A stretch of DNA of 64,000 nucleotides, from positions 19,574-83,573 of the forward strand of contig LADT01000026.1 of NCBI GenBank assembly GCA_000961765.1. Reading direction: 5' to 3'. The DNA is from Clostridiaceae bacterium BRH_c20a (GTDB lineage: Bacteria; Bacillota; Peptococcia; Peptococcales; BICA1-8). Of the stretch, positions 56,804 to 64,000 are shown in pieces. The translations under genes and the position numbers were made by a program. Below the pieces are notes generated by a model. It saw only the letters and a program-made list of their open reading frames with translations. It was not told where the DNA came from and searched no databases. How positions within the stretch are numbered: the first letter of the stretch is position 1; every line of letters begins with the position of its first letter.

Positions 56804-57658
56804 GTGAAAAATATGTCCAATCCGGAAGAACCGGTCTTAGTGGTTAAAAACTTGAGAAAGCAGTTTGGCTCTGGTTGTACTAATTGCCTGGATTTAAAGG
56901 AAGAAAGTTTGGAAGGAAATTACTGTCCGGTTTGTCAGACCGTTTATGCCTGCCGGGATATTTCTTTAGAGCTCTATCCCGGGGAAATCTTAGGAGTAGT
57001 GGGAGAATCGGGTTCAGGCAAATCAACACTAATGCGCTGTCTCTATTTTGATGAGGCGGTGACCGCCGGTCAAGGCTATATTAAAGACTACAAGGACGGT
57101 CAAAAAAACATTTTCACAGAAACATCTCAACAAAAAAGGTACATTAGAAATCATGTATTAGGTATGGTTTATCAAAATCCCTATCAGGGTTTAAGAATGG
57201 GTTTCTCTTCCATCGGCAACATTGCTGAAAAACTAATCGCTGCCGGAAATAGAAATGTAGGTTATATGACAGATAGAGCTGCCGGACTTTTAGAAAAAGT
57301 AAATATTCCTATTTACCGGATGTTGGAAGCACCCGGCAAATTTTCCGGAGGTATGCAGCAAAGGGTTCAGATTGCCAAAGCCTTATCAAATAATCCGCCT
57401 ATCCTCTTTTTAGATGAAGTTACCACAGGGTTGGATTTATCGGTTCAAGCCGCTGTCCTGGATTTGATTAAAATCATTCAGCGGGAACTAGCGATAAGTA
57501 TGCTGGTAGTTTCCCATGATTTAAGTGTAATCAGAATGCTGTCGGAAAGAACTATTGTGATGCTTGGTGGTAAGATTATTGAACAAGGGCTTACAGATCA
57601 AATACTGGAAGACCCTCAGCATCCTTATACCCAACAACTTGTTCAGTCCTTGCTGTAA
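56804..57658 (+). CDS. phnK: C-P lyase ATP-binding subunit PhnK (with CxxC..CxxC insert)
   Basis: GESGSGKST, FSGGMQQR, GLTDQILEDPQHPYTQ. Confidence 0.93.
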   Translation: MKNMSNPEEPVLVVKNLRKQFGSGCTNCLDLKEESLEGNYCPVCQTVYACRDISLELYPGEILGVVGESGSGKSTLMRCLYFDEAVTAGQGYIKDYKDGQKNIFTETSQQKRYIRNHVLGMVYQNPYQGLRMGFSSIGNIAEKLIAAGNRNVGYMTDRAAGLLEKVNIPIYRMLEAPGKFSGGMQQRVQIAKALSNNPPILFLDEVTTGLDLSVQAAVLDLIKIIQRELAISMLVVSHDLSVIRMLSERTIVMLGGKIIEQGLTDQILEDPQHPYTQQLVQSLL

Positions 57659-57673
57659 AACAAAGGAGGAGAA

Positions 57674-58867
57674 TTGATGTATCTAATTACTAATGGAAAA
57701 CTGGTTTTGGAAGATAGAATCCTTTCTAATTATGACGTTTTAATCGAAGGGGACAGAATTGGTAAAATAGTGTCTATGGGTCAAATTGCAGCTAATAGTT
57801 TAGAAGTCATAGATGCCCAAGGGGGATATGTGGTCCCCGGTTTTATTGATATTCATTCTGATTATATTGAACATATGGCCTCACCCCGTCCTACCAGTGT
57901 GCTGGATTTTAATATGGCCATCAAAGAAGTGGAAAAACAATTGGTAAACCAAGGCATCACTACCATGTATCACTCTTTGTCCTTATATAAGGAATCATTC
58001 TTTTCGCCTAAGCAAATCAGAACCAGCGACAATATTAAAAAGCTGGCTGAGTTAATCGAGAAAGCCAACGATGGGAGCAGTCTAATTCATCATCGTTTTC
58101 ATGCCCGTTATGAAATTGACAATGTAGACAGTGTGGACTATTTAATAAATTATATCCGGCAAAAGAAAATTCATCTGTTGTCCTTTATGGACCATACACC
58201 GGGACAGGGTCAATACAGAAACATTGAAATCTATAAAGAAATCCTCAAAGGTTTGCGGGACCTGACAGAAGCTGAACTTGAACAGCATATTTCGGAAGCC
58301 CAGGGTAAAGAAAAGTTGGACATAAATTTAATTCATACTATCAGCAAAATAGCTATGGAAAATAACGTGACCATTGCCTCCCATGATGATGACTCTATCG
58401 CTAAATTAGACTTAGTCAAAAGCTTTGGCACCGTCATTTCCGAGTTTCCTACCACCATTGAAGTAGCTAAGGCAGCCAAGGTCAGAGATATGTATACCGT
58501 GGCTGGTGCACCCAACGTTCTGTTAGGCGGTTCCCATTCCGGCAATTTATCAGCGGCAGAGGCTATAGAAGAGGGTTGTATTGATATCCTCTGCAGTGAC
58601 TATTATCCGGCCTCTCTTTTGCATGCGGTCTTTACTCTTCACCATAAATATGGCCATGATTTAGCTGCTATGTTTCAGTTGATTACAATTAACCCAGCCC
58701 GAGCCGTAGGGATTAGTAGGGAATACGGGTCCATCACCGAGGGGAAGAAAGCTGATCTTGTCATAATCAAAAAGGATAGGGAGGATTTCCCTGTGATAAC
58801 TTCGGTTCTGGTAGACGGCACTCTAGTTTCTCAGTTAACTTATGCCAGAAAGCGAGTGGCCTCATGA
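57674..58867 (+). CDS. phnM: RPnTP diphosphatase PhnM
   Basis: DIHSD, MDHTPGQGQ, ASHDD, SEFP, GAPN..GGSHSGN, SDYYP. Confidence 0.95.
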   Translation: MMYLITNGKLVLEDRILSNYDVLIEGDRIGKIVSMGQIAANSLEVIDAQGGYVVPGFIDIHSDYIEHMASPRPTSVLDFNMAIKEVEKQLVNQGITTMYHSLSLYKESFFSPKQIRTSDNIKKLAELIEKANDGSSLIHHRFHARYEIDNVDSVDYLINYIRQKKIHLLSFMDHTPGQGQYRNIEIYKEILKGLRDLTEAELEQHISEAQGKEKLDINLIHTISKIAMENNVTIASHDDDSIAKLDLVKSFGTVISEFPTTIEVAKAAKVRDMYTVAGAPNVLLGGSHSGNLSAAEAIEEGCIDILCSDYYPASLLHAVFTLHHKYGHDLAAMFQLITINPARAVGISREYGSITEGKKADLVIIKKDREDFPVITSVLVDGTLVSQLTYARKRVAS

Positions 58868-59487
58868 TTTGTACCCAAAAGCTGAACAAAGAGCCTGCTA
58901 TTCATGAAAATTTTAGCGGGGAACATGTAGAAATAGGTCAGTGGACCGAAATTGGGCCAAATAACATTTGGGAAAATGTTAAATTTGGCGATTTCTCCTA
59001 CACCTCTGGAAATAATCAAATTCAGAATGCAAGGATCGGAAATTTTGTCAATATTGCTTCCGGAGTGCGTATTGGGCCACCACAGCATCCCATGAACAGG
59101 CCAACTTTGCACCATTTTACCTATCGAAGACAAATATATGGATTTGCCATGGAAGATGATACAGCCTTTTTTGCGTGGAGAACGGCACAAATAACCGAAG
59201 TTGGCCATGATGTCTGGCTGGGGCACAATGCCATTATTATGCCCGGTGTGAAAATAGGCAACGGGGCTATTGTTGGCAGCAGTGCGGTAGTTACCAAAGA
59301 TGTAGCACCTTTCACTATCGTCGGCGGGGTACCGGCTAAGGTAATCCGCAAGAGATTTTCTGCAGATGTAATTGAGAAGTTACAAAGAATAAAGTGGTGG
59401 AATTGGACTTATGAGACTATTAAAGAGCTTTTTCCTGATTTCTTACTCAGTGTTGAGGATTTTGTCCACAAATATGATAGGGAATAG
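58864..59487 (+). CDS. Phosphonate-operon hexapeptide-repeat acyltransferase
   Basis: GDFSY, HPMNRPTLHHFTYR, GHDVWLGH, AVVTKDV, WWNW. Confidence 0.85.
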   Translation: MICTQKLNKEPAIHENFSGEHVEIGQWTEIGPNNIWENVKFGDFSYTSGNNQIQNARIGNFVNIASGVRIGPPQHPMNRPTLHHFTYRRQIYGFAMEDDTAFFAWRTAQITEVGHDVWLGHNAIIMPGVKIGNGAIVGSSAVVTKDVAPFTIVGGVPAKVIRKRFSADVIEKLQRIKWWNWTYETIKELFPDFLLSVEDFVHKYDRE

Positions 59488-59500
59488 GTGAATTATAAAG

Positions 59501-59528
59501 AATTGAAAATTGAAAATTGAGAATTGAT
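59501..59528 (+). repeat. Four tandem AATTGAN heptamers
   Basis: AATTGAA AATTGAA AATTGAG AATTGAT. Confidence 0.8.
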
Positions 59529-59584
59529 AACTAAAATCTTTCATGTTTTTTGTATCAGGAGCATAGCGAAAGGAATGATAGATT

Positions 59585-60283
59585 ATGGATAAAGTCATTA
59601 GAGTTGTAGGGTTAACAAAACAATTTGAGTTGCACCAATTAAATAAAAAAATTACAGCTTGTTATGATATTAATTTTTCCCTGGAGGAAGGGCAGTTTTT
59701 AGGTATTACCGGGAAAAGCGGCTCCGGTAAATCAACTATTCTTCGCTGTATTTACCGGACGTATCTTACTAGAACAGGTCAAATTTGGTATAAATCAGGT
59801 GCTTACGGACTAATTGACTTAGCGCAGGCTAGTGAAAGACAAATAATCCATCTCCGCCAAAAAGAGGTGGGCTATGTGTCACAATTTTTAAATGTAATGC
59901 CTCGAATCACTGCCAGGGAGCTGGTTGAATTGGCGGTATTGGAGATGGGTTATGATTTAAACTATGCCAAAAAAGAAGCAATCCAGATGCTCGCCCATTT
60001 TGAACTGGATAAAGAACTATGGGATATGTATCCTAATACTTTTTCCGGCGGCGAGAAACTAAGACTAAATATTGCCAGAGCTATGGTAAAAAAAACCAGG
60101 CTCCTTCTTTTGGATGAACCCACCGCTTCCTTAGATAATGAATCGAAAAAGCGGGTCAAAGAGGTTTTGGAAAAACTGAAAGCTCAAGGTACTACCATGC
60201 TGGGTATTTTTCATGATTTAGAATTTATGGAAGGAATCTGTGACAAACAGTTCAATATGCAAGCAGGGAAATTAGTTGCTTAA
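59585..60283 (+). CDS. phnL: C-P lyase ATP-binding subunit PhnL
   Basis: GKSGSGKST, GYVSQFL, PNTFSGGE, DEPTASLD, GIFHD. Confidence 0.93.
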   Translation: MDKVIRVVGLTKQFELHQLNKKITACYDINFSLEEGQFLGITGKSGSGKSTILRCIYRTYLTRTGQIWYKSGAYGLIDLAQASERQIIHLRQKEVGYVSQFLNVMPRITARELVELAVLEMGYDLNYAKKEAIQMLAHFELDKELWDMYPNTFSGGEKLRLNIARAMVKKTRLLLLDEPTASLDNESKKRVKEVLEKLKAQGTTMLGIFHDLEFMEGICDKQFNMQAGKLVA

Positions 60284-60342
60284 TAAAAAAACCTGCTTTG
60301 CTAATATGGAAGAAATATATTTAATCATGAGGAAGTGTTGGG

Positions 60343-61155
60343 GTGAAAGCTGATTTACATGTCCACACCGCTGTTTCAGATAGCAGCTATACGGTTGAGG
60401 AAACAATCCAAAGAGCAAAGGAAAATGATGTTCGTTATTTAGGTCTAGTTGATCATGATACGGTGGCTGGTTTAAAAAAAGCTCTATTGATAGGGGAAAA
60501 GGCTGGAATTCAGATTATTCCGGGGATAGAAATATCGGCGTTCGACTTTAAAAGAAAGAGAAAAGTTCATATTTTAGGCTATAATTTTGATTTAAAAGCA
60601 ACAAATATTAGAAAGTTATGTGACCCTATAATTGCAAAAAGAAATAATCACAGCCTGTGGCAAATTAAAACATTAATAGAAAACGGTTTTAAAATTACCC
60701 TAGAGGAAGTCTTCAAAAAGGCGAAGAACAGCACCTGTATTTATAAACAACATATCATGGCAGTTTTGATGGATAAAGGATATTGCAGTGAAATTTATTG
60801 TGGTTTATATTACCAGCTTTTCAAGAACCAGGGTATTTGTGCCGGGGACATTGCTTATGTGGATGCTTTTCAAGCCGTTCAGGCTGTGAAGCTGGATGGC
60901 GGAAAGGCTGTCTTAGCCCATCCCGGGCAGTTGGCTTCTTATGAAATCATGGAGGAATTAATAGGCTGGGGTCTTGATGGAGTAGAGTTGTATCATGAAG
61001 ACCATAATTTCGGTGACCATAAAAGGATTTTGGCCTATAGTGCTAAACACGGAATGATTTTAACCGGGGGCAGTGATTTTCATGGTATTTATGGCGGCAC
61101 CACGGAAATTGGCGGACTGCCCATTGCTCTGGAATATTTGAGGGATTTAATATGA
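60343..61155 (+). CDS. PHP-family phosphoesterase, probable ribose 1,2-cyclic phosphate dihydrolase (PhnPP-like)
   Basis: DLHVHT..SD, DHDT, GIEIS, HILGY, LAHP, GGSDFHG; sits in a phn operon lacking phnP/phnN. Confidence 0.75.
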   Translation: MKADLHVHTAVSDSSYTVEETIQRAKENDVRYLGLVDHDTVAGLKKALLIGEKAGIQIIPGIEISAFDFKRKRKVHILGYNFDLKATNIRKLCDPIIAKRNNHSLWQIKTLIENGFKITLEEVFKKAKNSTCIYKQHIMAVLMDKGYCSEIYCGLYYQLFKNQGICAGDIAYVDAFQAVQAVKLDGGKAVLAHPGQLASYEIMEELIGWGLDGVELYHEDHNFGDHKRILAYSAKHGMILTGGSDFHGIYGGTTEIGGLPIALEYLRDLI

Positions 61156-61940
61156 ACAAAGAAATTGTTGATTTTACTAAAACTCTGGTTCTTACAGCAG
61201 GTAGTATGTTAAGAGAAGCCCTGATTGGCCAAGTTTACTGTGCCTATAAAGAAGGGGATCAGCGGGATTTATTAACAGAATATGATGTGAAAATTCAAGA
61301 CTTCCTAATCTCCCGCCTCCGTAAGGAATATCCGAAACATAAATTCATTTCTGAAGAACAAAGTAATAACCAAGATCTAAGCGGTTTAGTCTGGATTATT
61401 GACCCCATTGACGGTACAACCAATTTTGTCTGTTTTAAAAAAGATTTTGCCATTTCCGTAGCCCTCTATCAGGATGGCAAGCCCCTTTTCGGCATTGTTT
61501 ATGATGTCATAAAAGGAGATTTATATCTAGGTATAACGGGACAAGGGGCTTATTTGAATAATCAAAAGTTAAGCCGGATTAATGAGTGCGAATTAAAGAA
61601 TTGTATTTTAGATGCCAGCCTCAATAGTGTGCAAATTTTCTACAATCGGTACAACCGGCCAATTTTTAACATAGCCCAAGATATAAGAGGACATCGCTCT
61701 TTAGGGGTAGCTTCTCTTGCCATATGTAAAATTGCCTTAGGGGAAATCCAAATTTATCTATCGGCTAAATTAAAGGCTTGGGATTTTGCGGCAGCGGGTA
61801 TTTTTCTTAACGAGGTTGGGGGTTATTACGGTGCCGTGTGTCAAGAAAGTTTAAGTCTGACCGGTAAACCTACAGCTTTTATGGCCTGTTCTTCAAAAAG
61901 CCTATTTCATCAAATTTTATTGAAATATTTTAAAAAATGA
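61152..61940 (+). CDS. Inositol monophosphatase family protein
   Basis: SEE, WIIDPIDGTTNF, WDFAA. Confidence 0.9.
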   Translation: MNKEIVDFTKTLVLTAGSMLREALIGQVYCAYKEGDQRDLLTEYDVKIQDFLISRLRKEYPKHKFISEEQSNNQDLSGLVWIIDPIDGTTNFVCFKKDFAISVALYQDGKPLFGIVYDVIKGDLYLGITGQGAYLNNQKLSRINECELKNCILDASLNSVQIFYNRYNRPIFNIAQDIRGHRSLGVASLAICKIALGEIQIYLSAKLKAWDFAAAGIFLNEVGGYYGAVCQESLSLTGKPTAFMACSSKSLFHQILLKYFKK

Positions 61941-61950
61941 TTTTTCTAAG

Positions 61951-61996
61951 TTCCTCCTCTCATTTTATATAGGTGGGTGCCCTAGTGGTGCCCATC
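61951..61996 (+). other. CU-rich element + GGGTGCC hairpin (related to the 50162 element)
   Basis: TTCCTCCTCTCATTTTATATA-GGTGGGTGCC-N5-GGTGCCCATC. Confidence 0.55.
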
Positions 61997-62032
61997 AATT
62001 GTTTTATTAGTATAGTTAAATTAAGCCATACC

Positions 62033-62072
62033 AAAACACCCCAACGCTTTTGGCTGTTGAAGGGGTGTTTTT
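62033..62072. terminator. Bidirectional terminator
   Basis: AAAACACCCC..GGGGTGTTTTT between convergent units. Confidence 0.7.
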
Positions 62073-62137
62073 CTGTATAACATCATATTGCAAAATATTT
62101 AAGGACTGTTGTAGTAAGTATGGAAATGGTAACTATT

Positions 62138-62473
62138 TTACTGTTTTTTATCTAATGATTTAAAATAAGCAGTTGTTACCTCATTGATAAATATTATTGC
62201 CTCCGGTTTCTTGTCAGAAAGCAGGCCGAGGAGTTTTTTCAGCTCTTGGGCTTTTTTCCCCTTCGATGATGTTAATAATACTTCCGGCTCAACTTGGAGT
62301 ACATCAGCTATTTTCACAAGCAATTCAAGCGAAGGACTTTTGGCGCCCCTTTCAAGATAGCCTATGTAAGAACCACTGATGTCCAGCTTCTCGGCTAGCA
62401 ATTCCTGGGTGAGCCCCTGGGTTTGCCTGAAAAGTCTGATATTTTGGCCTACTATATGTCGAATATTTAACAT
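62138..62473 (-). CDS. XRE family HTH regulator
   Basis: GQNIR..R..GLTQE.LAE..YIGYLERG..PS; ATG 62473 with GGAGGT RBS. Confidence 0.9.
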   Translation of the reverse strand: MLNIRHIVGQNIRLFRQTQGLTQELLAEKLDISGSYIGYLERGAKSPSLELLVKIADVLQVEPEVLLTSSKGKKAQELKKLLGLLSDKKPEAIIFINEVTTAYFKSLDKKQ

Positions 62474-62794
62474 TTTTGCCACCTCCCTCTTTAACAGTAC
62501 TATTGTACAAGTAGACACCAGGACATCTTAGTGACTGTAGGTCCAAAAATACCTTGAAAAACTATACTTCTAGTGTTACAATAAAAATTATTACTAGTTT
62601 GACAATATACGACAAATTTTAGACAATAGTTTTTTTGTTATTGATATTTATCGCAAAGAAACATTAAAATTAAAAAAATTTATTACCAAGATATTAGCCA
62701 GAAATGTCTAAAAAAGCAGGAAAAAATCTAAAAATATCGAAGAAAACATTTGTGTATGCTTTAAATCCTGAATAATTACAATTTGACATTCTGT

Positions 62795-62876
62795 TAAAAG
62801 GCAAAATACCCGAAAGGGTGTGACGCAAAGCCATGGGTCTAAAGCAGGGATTGCCAGGATTGCCAGGCTGCCGGAG
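62795..62876 (+). ncRNA. Cyclic-di-GMP-I (GEMM) riboswitch
   Basis: GGCAAA-ATACCC-GAAA-GGGTGT-GACGCAAAGCC..GGGTCTAA..GATTGCCAGGCTGCCG. Confidence 0.9.
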
Positions 62877-62999
62877 AAGCTGTACATAACCCTGAACACT
62901 GACGATAATTTTTCTTTGATAAAGGGGTTTTTTTGCATATTTCCCCAGTCTGAGCCAGATACATTTTAACTTTTTAAAACTTAAAATACGGGGGTTTAT

Positions 63000-64000
63000 A
63001 TGCAGCCAGAATCAGGCAATTTTCAAGCAGAGCAAAAAAATTCCAGTAAAGTAATCCGCAATTATTTTGCCGCACTCCAAAAACTATCCGAACTATCACT
63101 GATTCCCTTATGCCAGGAAGAATTGCTGGAACGATTTCTTGATCTTTTGACTGAGCTATTGCAAGTTGAGCAAGCATACGTAATGGTTTTGGAACACATC
63201 ACAGGGGAACTCACCATCAAAGCATCTAAAGGACTGAAAACTGCTAAAGTAAAAAAATACCGTCTGAATTTGGGCCAGGGAATTGCAGGACAAGTACTGG
63301 AAAACAGAGAGGCCTTTATACTTAATCAGAGCTCAAAAAAAACATTATCCAGCCTGTCTGCTGAGGAGCCAGACGCACTTTTATATATACCTCTGGTAAT
63401 CGGATATCAACCTTATGGAGTTATTGCCCTTGGCAGTGCCGGAGTTCAACGAAACTTTACCGCCAACGAGGTAAAAACAGCATCTGCTCTGACCCAATAT
63501 CTTATGTTATCTATGGAAAATGCCAGATTAAACAGCGAGATTTCCGGCCTTGGTCTCAACTTTCTCAAGAGTTTAGCCATGGCTATTGATGCCAAGGATA
63601 ACTACACCAGGATGCATTCCATGCGGGTAACAAGGTATGCGGTACTGACCGGAGTACATATGGGTCTTCCCCAGGAAAATATCGAAACCCTGCGCCGGGG
63701 TGCACTGCTGCATGATATCGGTAAAATCGGTATTCGGGATGATATCTTGCAAAAACCTGGAAAACTGACCAAAAAGGAATATGCCATGATTTGTGAACAC
63801 CCGGAAATCGGTGCCAGGATATTGGGACAAGAAGGTCCGTTAAGTTTAATTGTTCCCTTAGTCCTGCACCATCATGAACGTTACGATGGTCAAGGCTATC
63901 CCCACCGACTTAGGGGTACTGAAATTCCTTTAGGAGCAAGAATCATTGCGGTGGCAGATGCCTTTGAGGCTATGACTGCCAATCGTCCATACCGGAGGGA
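63000..64000 (+). CDS. GAF + HD-GYP c-di-GMP phosphodiesterase (partial, runs off right edge)
   Basis: Not in the ORF track. From ATG 63000: GAF (GQGIAGQV..PL..GVI), AIDAKDNYT.HS.RV, LLHDIGKIG, HHERYDGQGYP, AVADAFEAMT..RPYR. Confidence 0.92.
   Translation, partial: MQPESGNFQAEQKNSSKVIRNYFAALQKLSELSLIPLCQEELLERFLDLLTELLQVEQAYVMVLEHITGELTIKASKGLKTAKVKKYRLNLGQGIAGQVLENREAFILNQSSKKTLSSLSAEEPDALLYIPLVIGYQPYGVIALGSAGVQRNFTANEVKTASALTQYLMLSMENARLNSEISGLGLNFLKSLAMAIDAKDNYTRMHSMRVTRYAVLTGVHMGLPQENIETLRRGALLHDIGKIGIRDDILQKPGKLTKKEYAMICEHPEIGARILGQEGPLSLIVPLVLHHHERYDGQGYPHRLRGTEIPLGARIIAVADAFEAMTANRPYRR

Noticed and set aside
58864-59487. CatB/Vat antibiotic-resistance acetyltransferase
   Set aside because: Embedded in the phn operon (overlaps phnM) and has the HHFTYR motif of phosphonate-associated members.
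62795-62876. cGAMP-sensing (GEMM-Ib) variant
   Set aside because: The position equivalent to G20 is G (GGCAAA), consistent with c-di-GMP specificity.
62708-63830. Minus-strand ORFs 62708..62938, 62974..63177, 63573..63830 and 63602..63787
   Set aside because: Antisense to the riboswitch and to the real GAF/HD-GYP gene.
1-64000. Selenoproteins, tRNA/rRNA, prophage or intact IS; other short antisense ORFs in the track
   Set aside because: No in-frame TGA readthrough candidates, RNA-gene signatures, integrase or transposase noticed; the remaining short ORFs lie within longer, well-supported genes.

Overview
AT-rich chromosomal segment from an anaerobic, probably spore-forming Bacillota (Clostridia/Peptococcales-like; inferred from gene content). 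No rRNA, tRNA, CRISPR array or intact mobile element was seen. From left to right it contains: a radical-SAM/SPASM-like gene lacking CxxxCxxC; HEAT-repeat, DUF3786 and CoxE/CoxD-like genes; a peptide ABC operon downstream of DUF6305 plus a two-component pair; a hexaheme lipoprotein cytochrome c with an orphan cytochrome b, divergent from ahbC-ahbA-ahbB; a Crp-regulated operon (DASS transporter, aprA, aprB, a FAD-domain-less QmoB/HdrA-like protein and a small HdrA-N-like protein) with no sat/cysDN/cysC, which is the most unusual system here; copA, a LarA-like gene, asnB and a 5-PAS kinase; hypD with its activase; NifB/X and hemerythrin genes; a Spo0E-like ORF; aor-moaD; crcB with a fluoride riboswitch among decayed genes; a phosphate-scavenging island (PAP2, Zn-PLC, C-P lyase operon with PHP and inositol-monophosphatase add-ons) carrying 11-bp-phased boxes and three related CU-rich hairpin elements; and a c-di-GMP-I riboswitch ahead of a GAF/HD-GYP gene. 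All family calls come from motif recognition by eye; no database searches were run.
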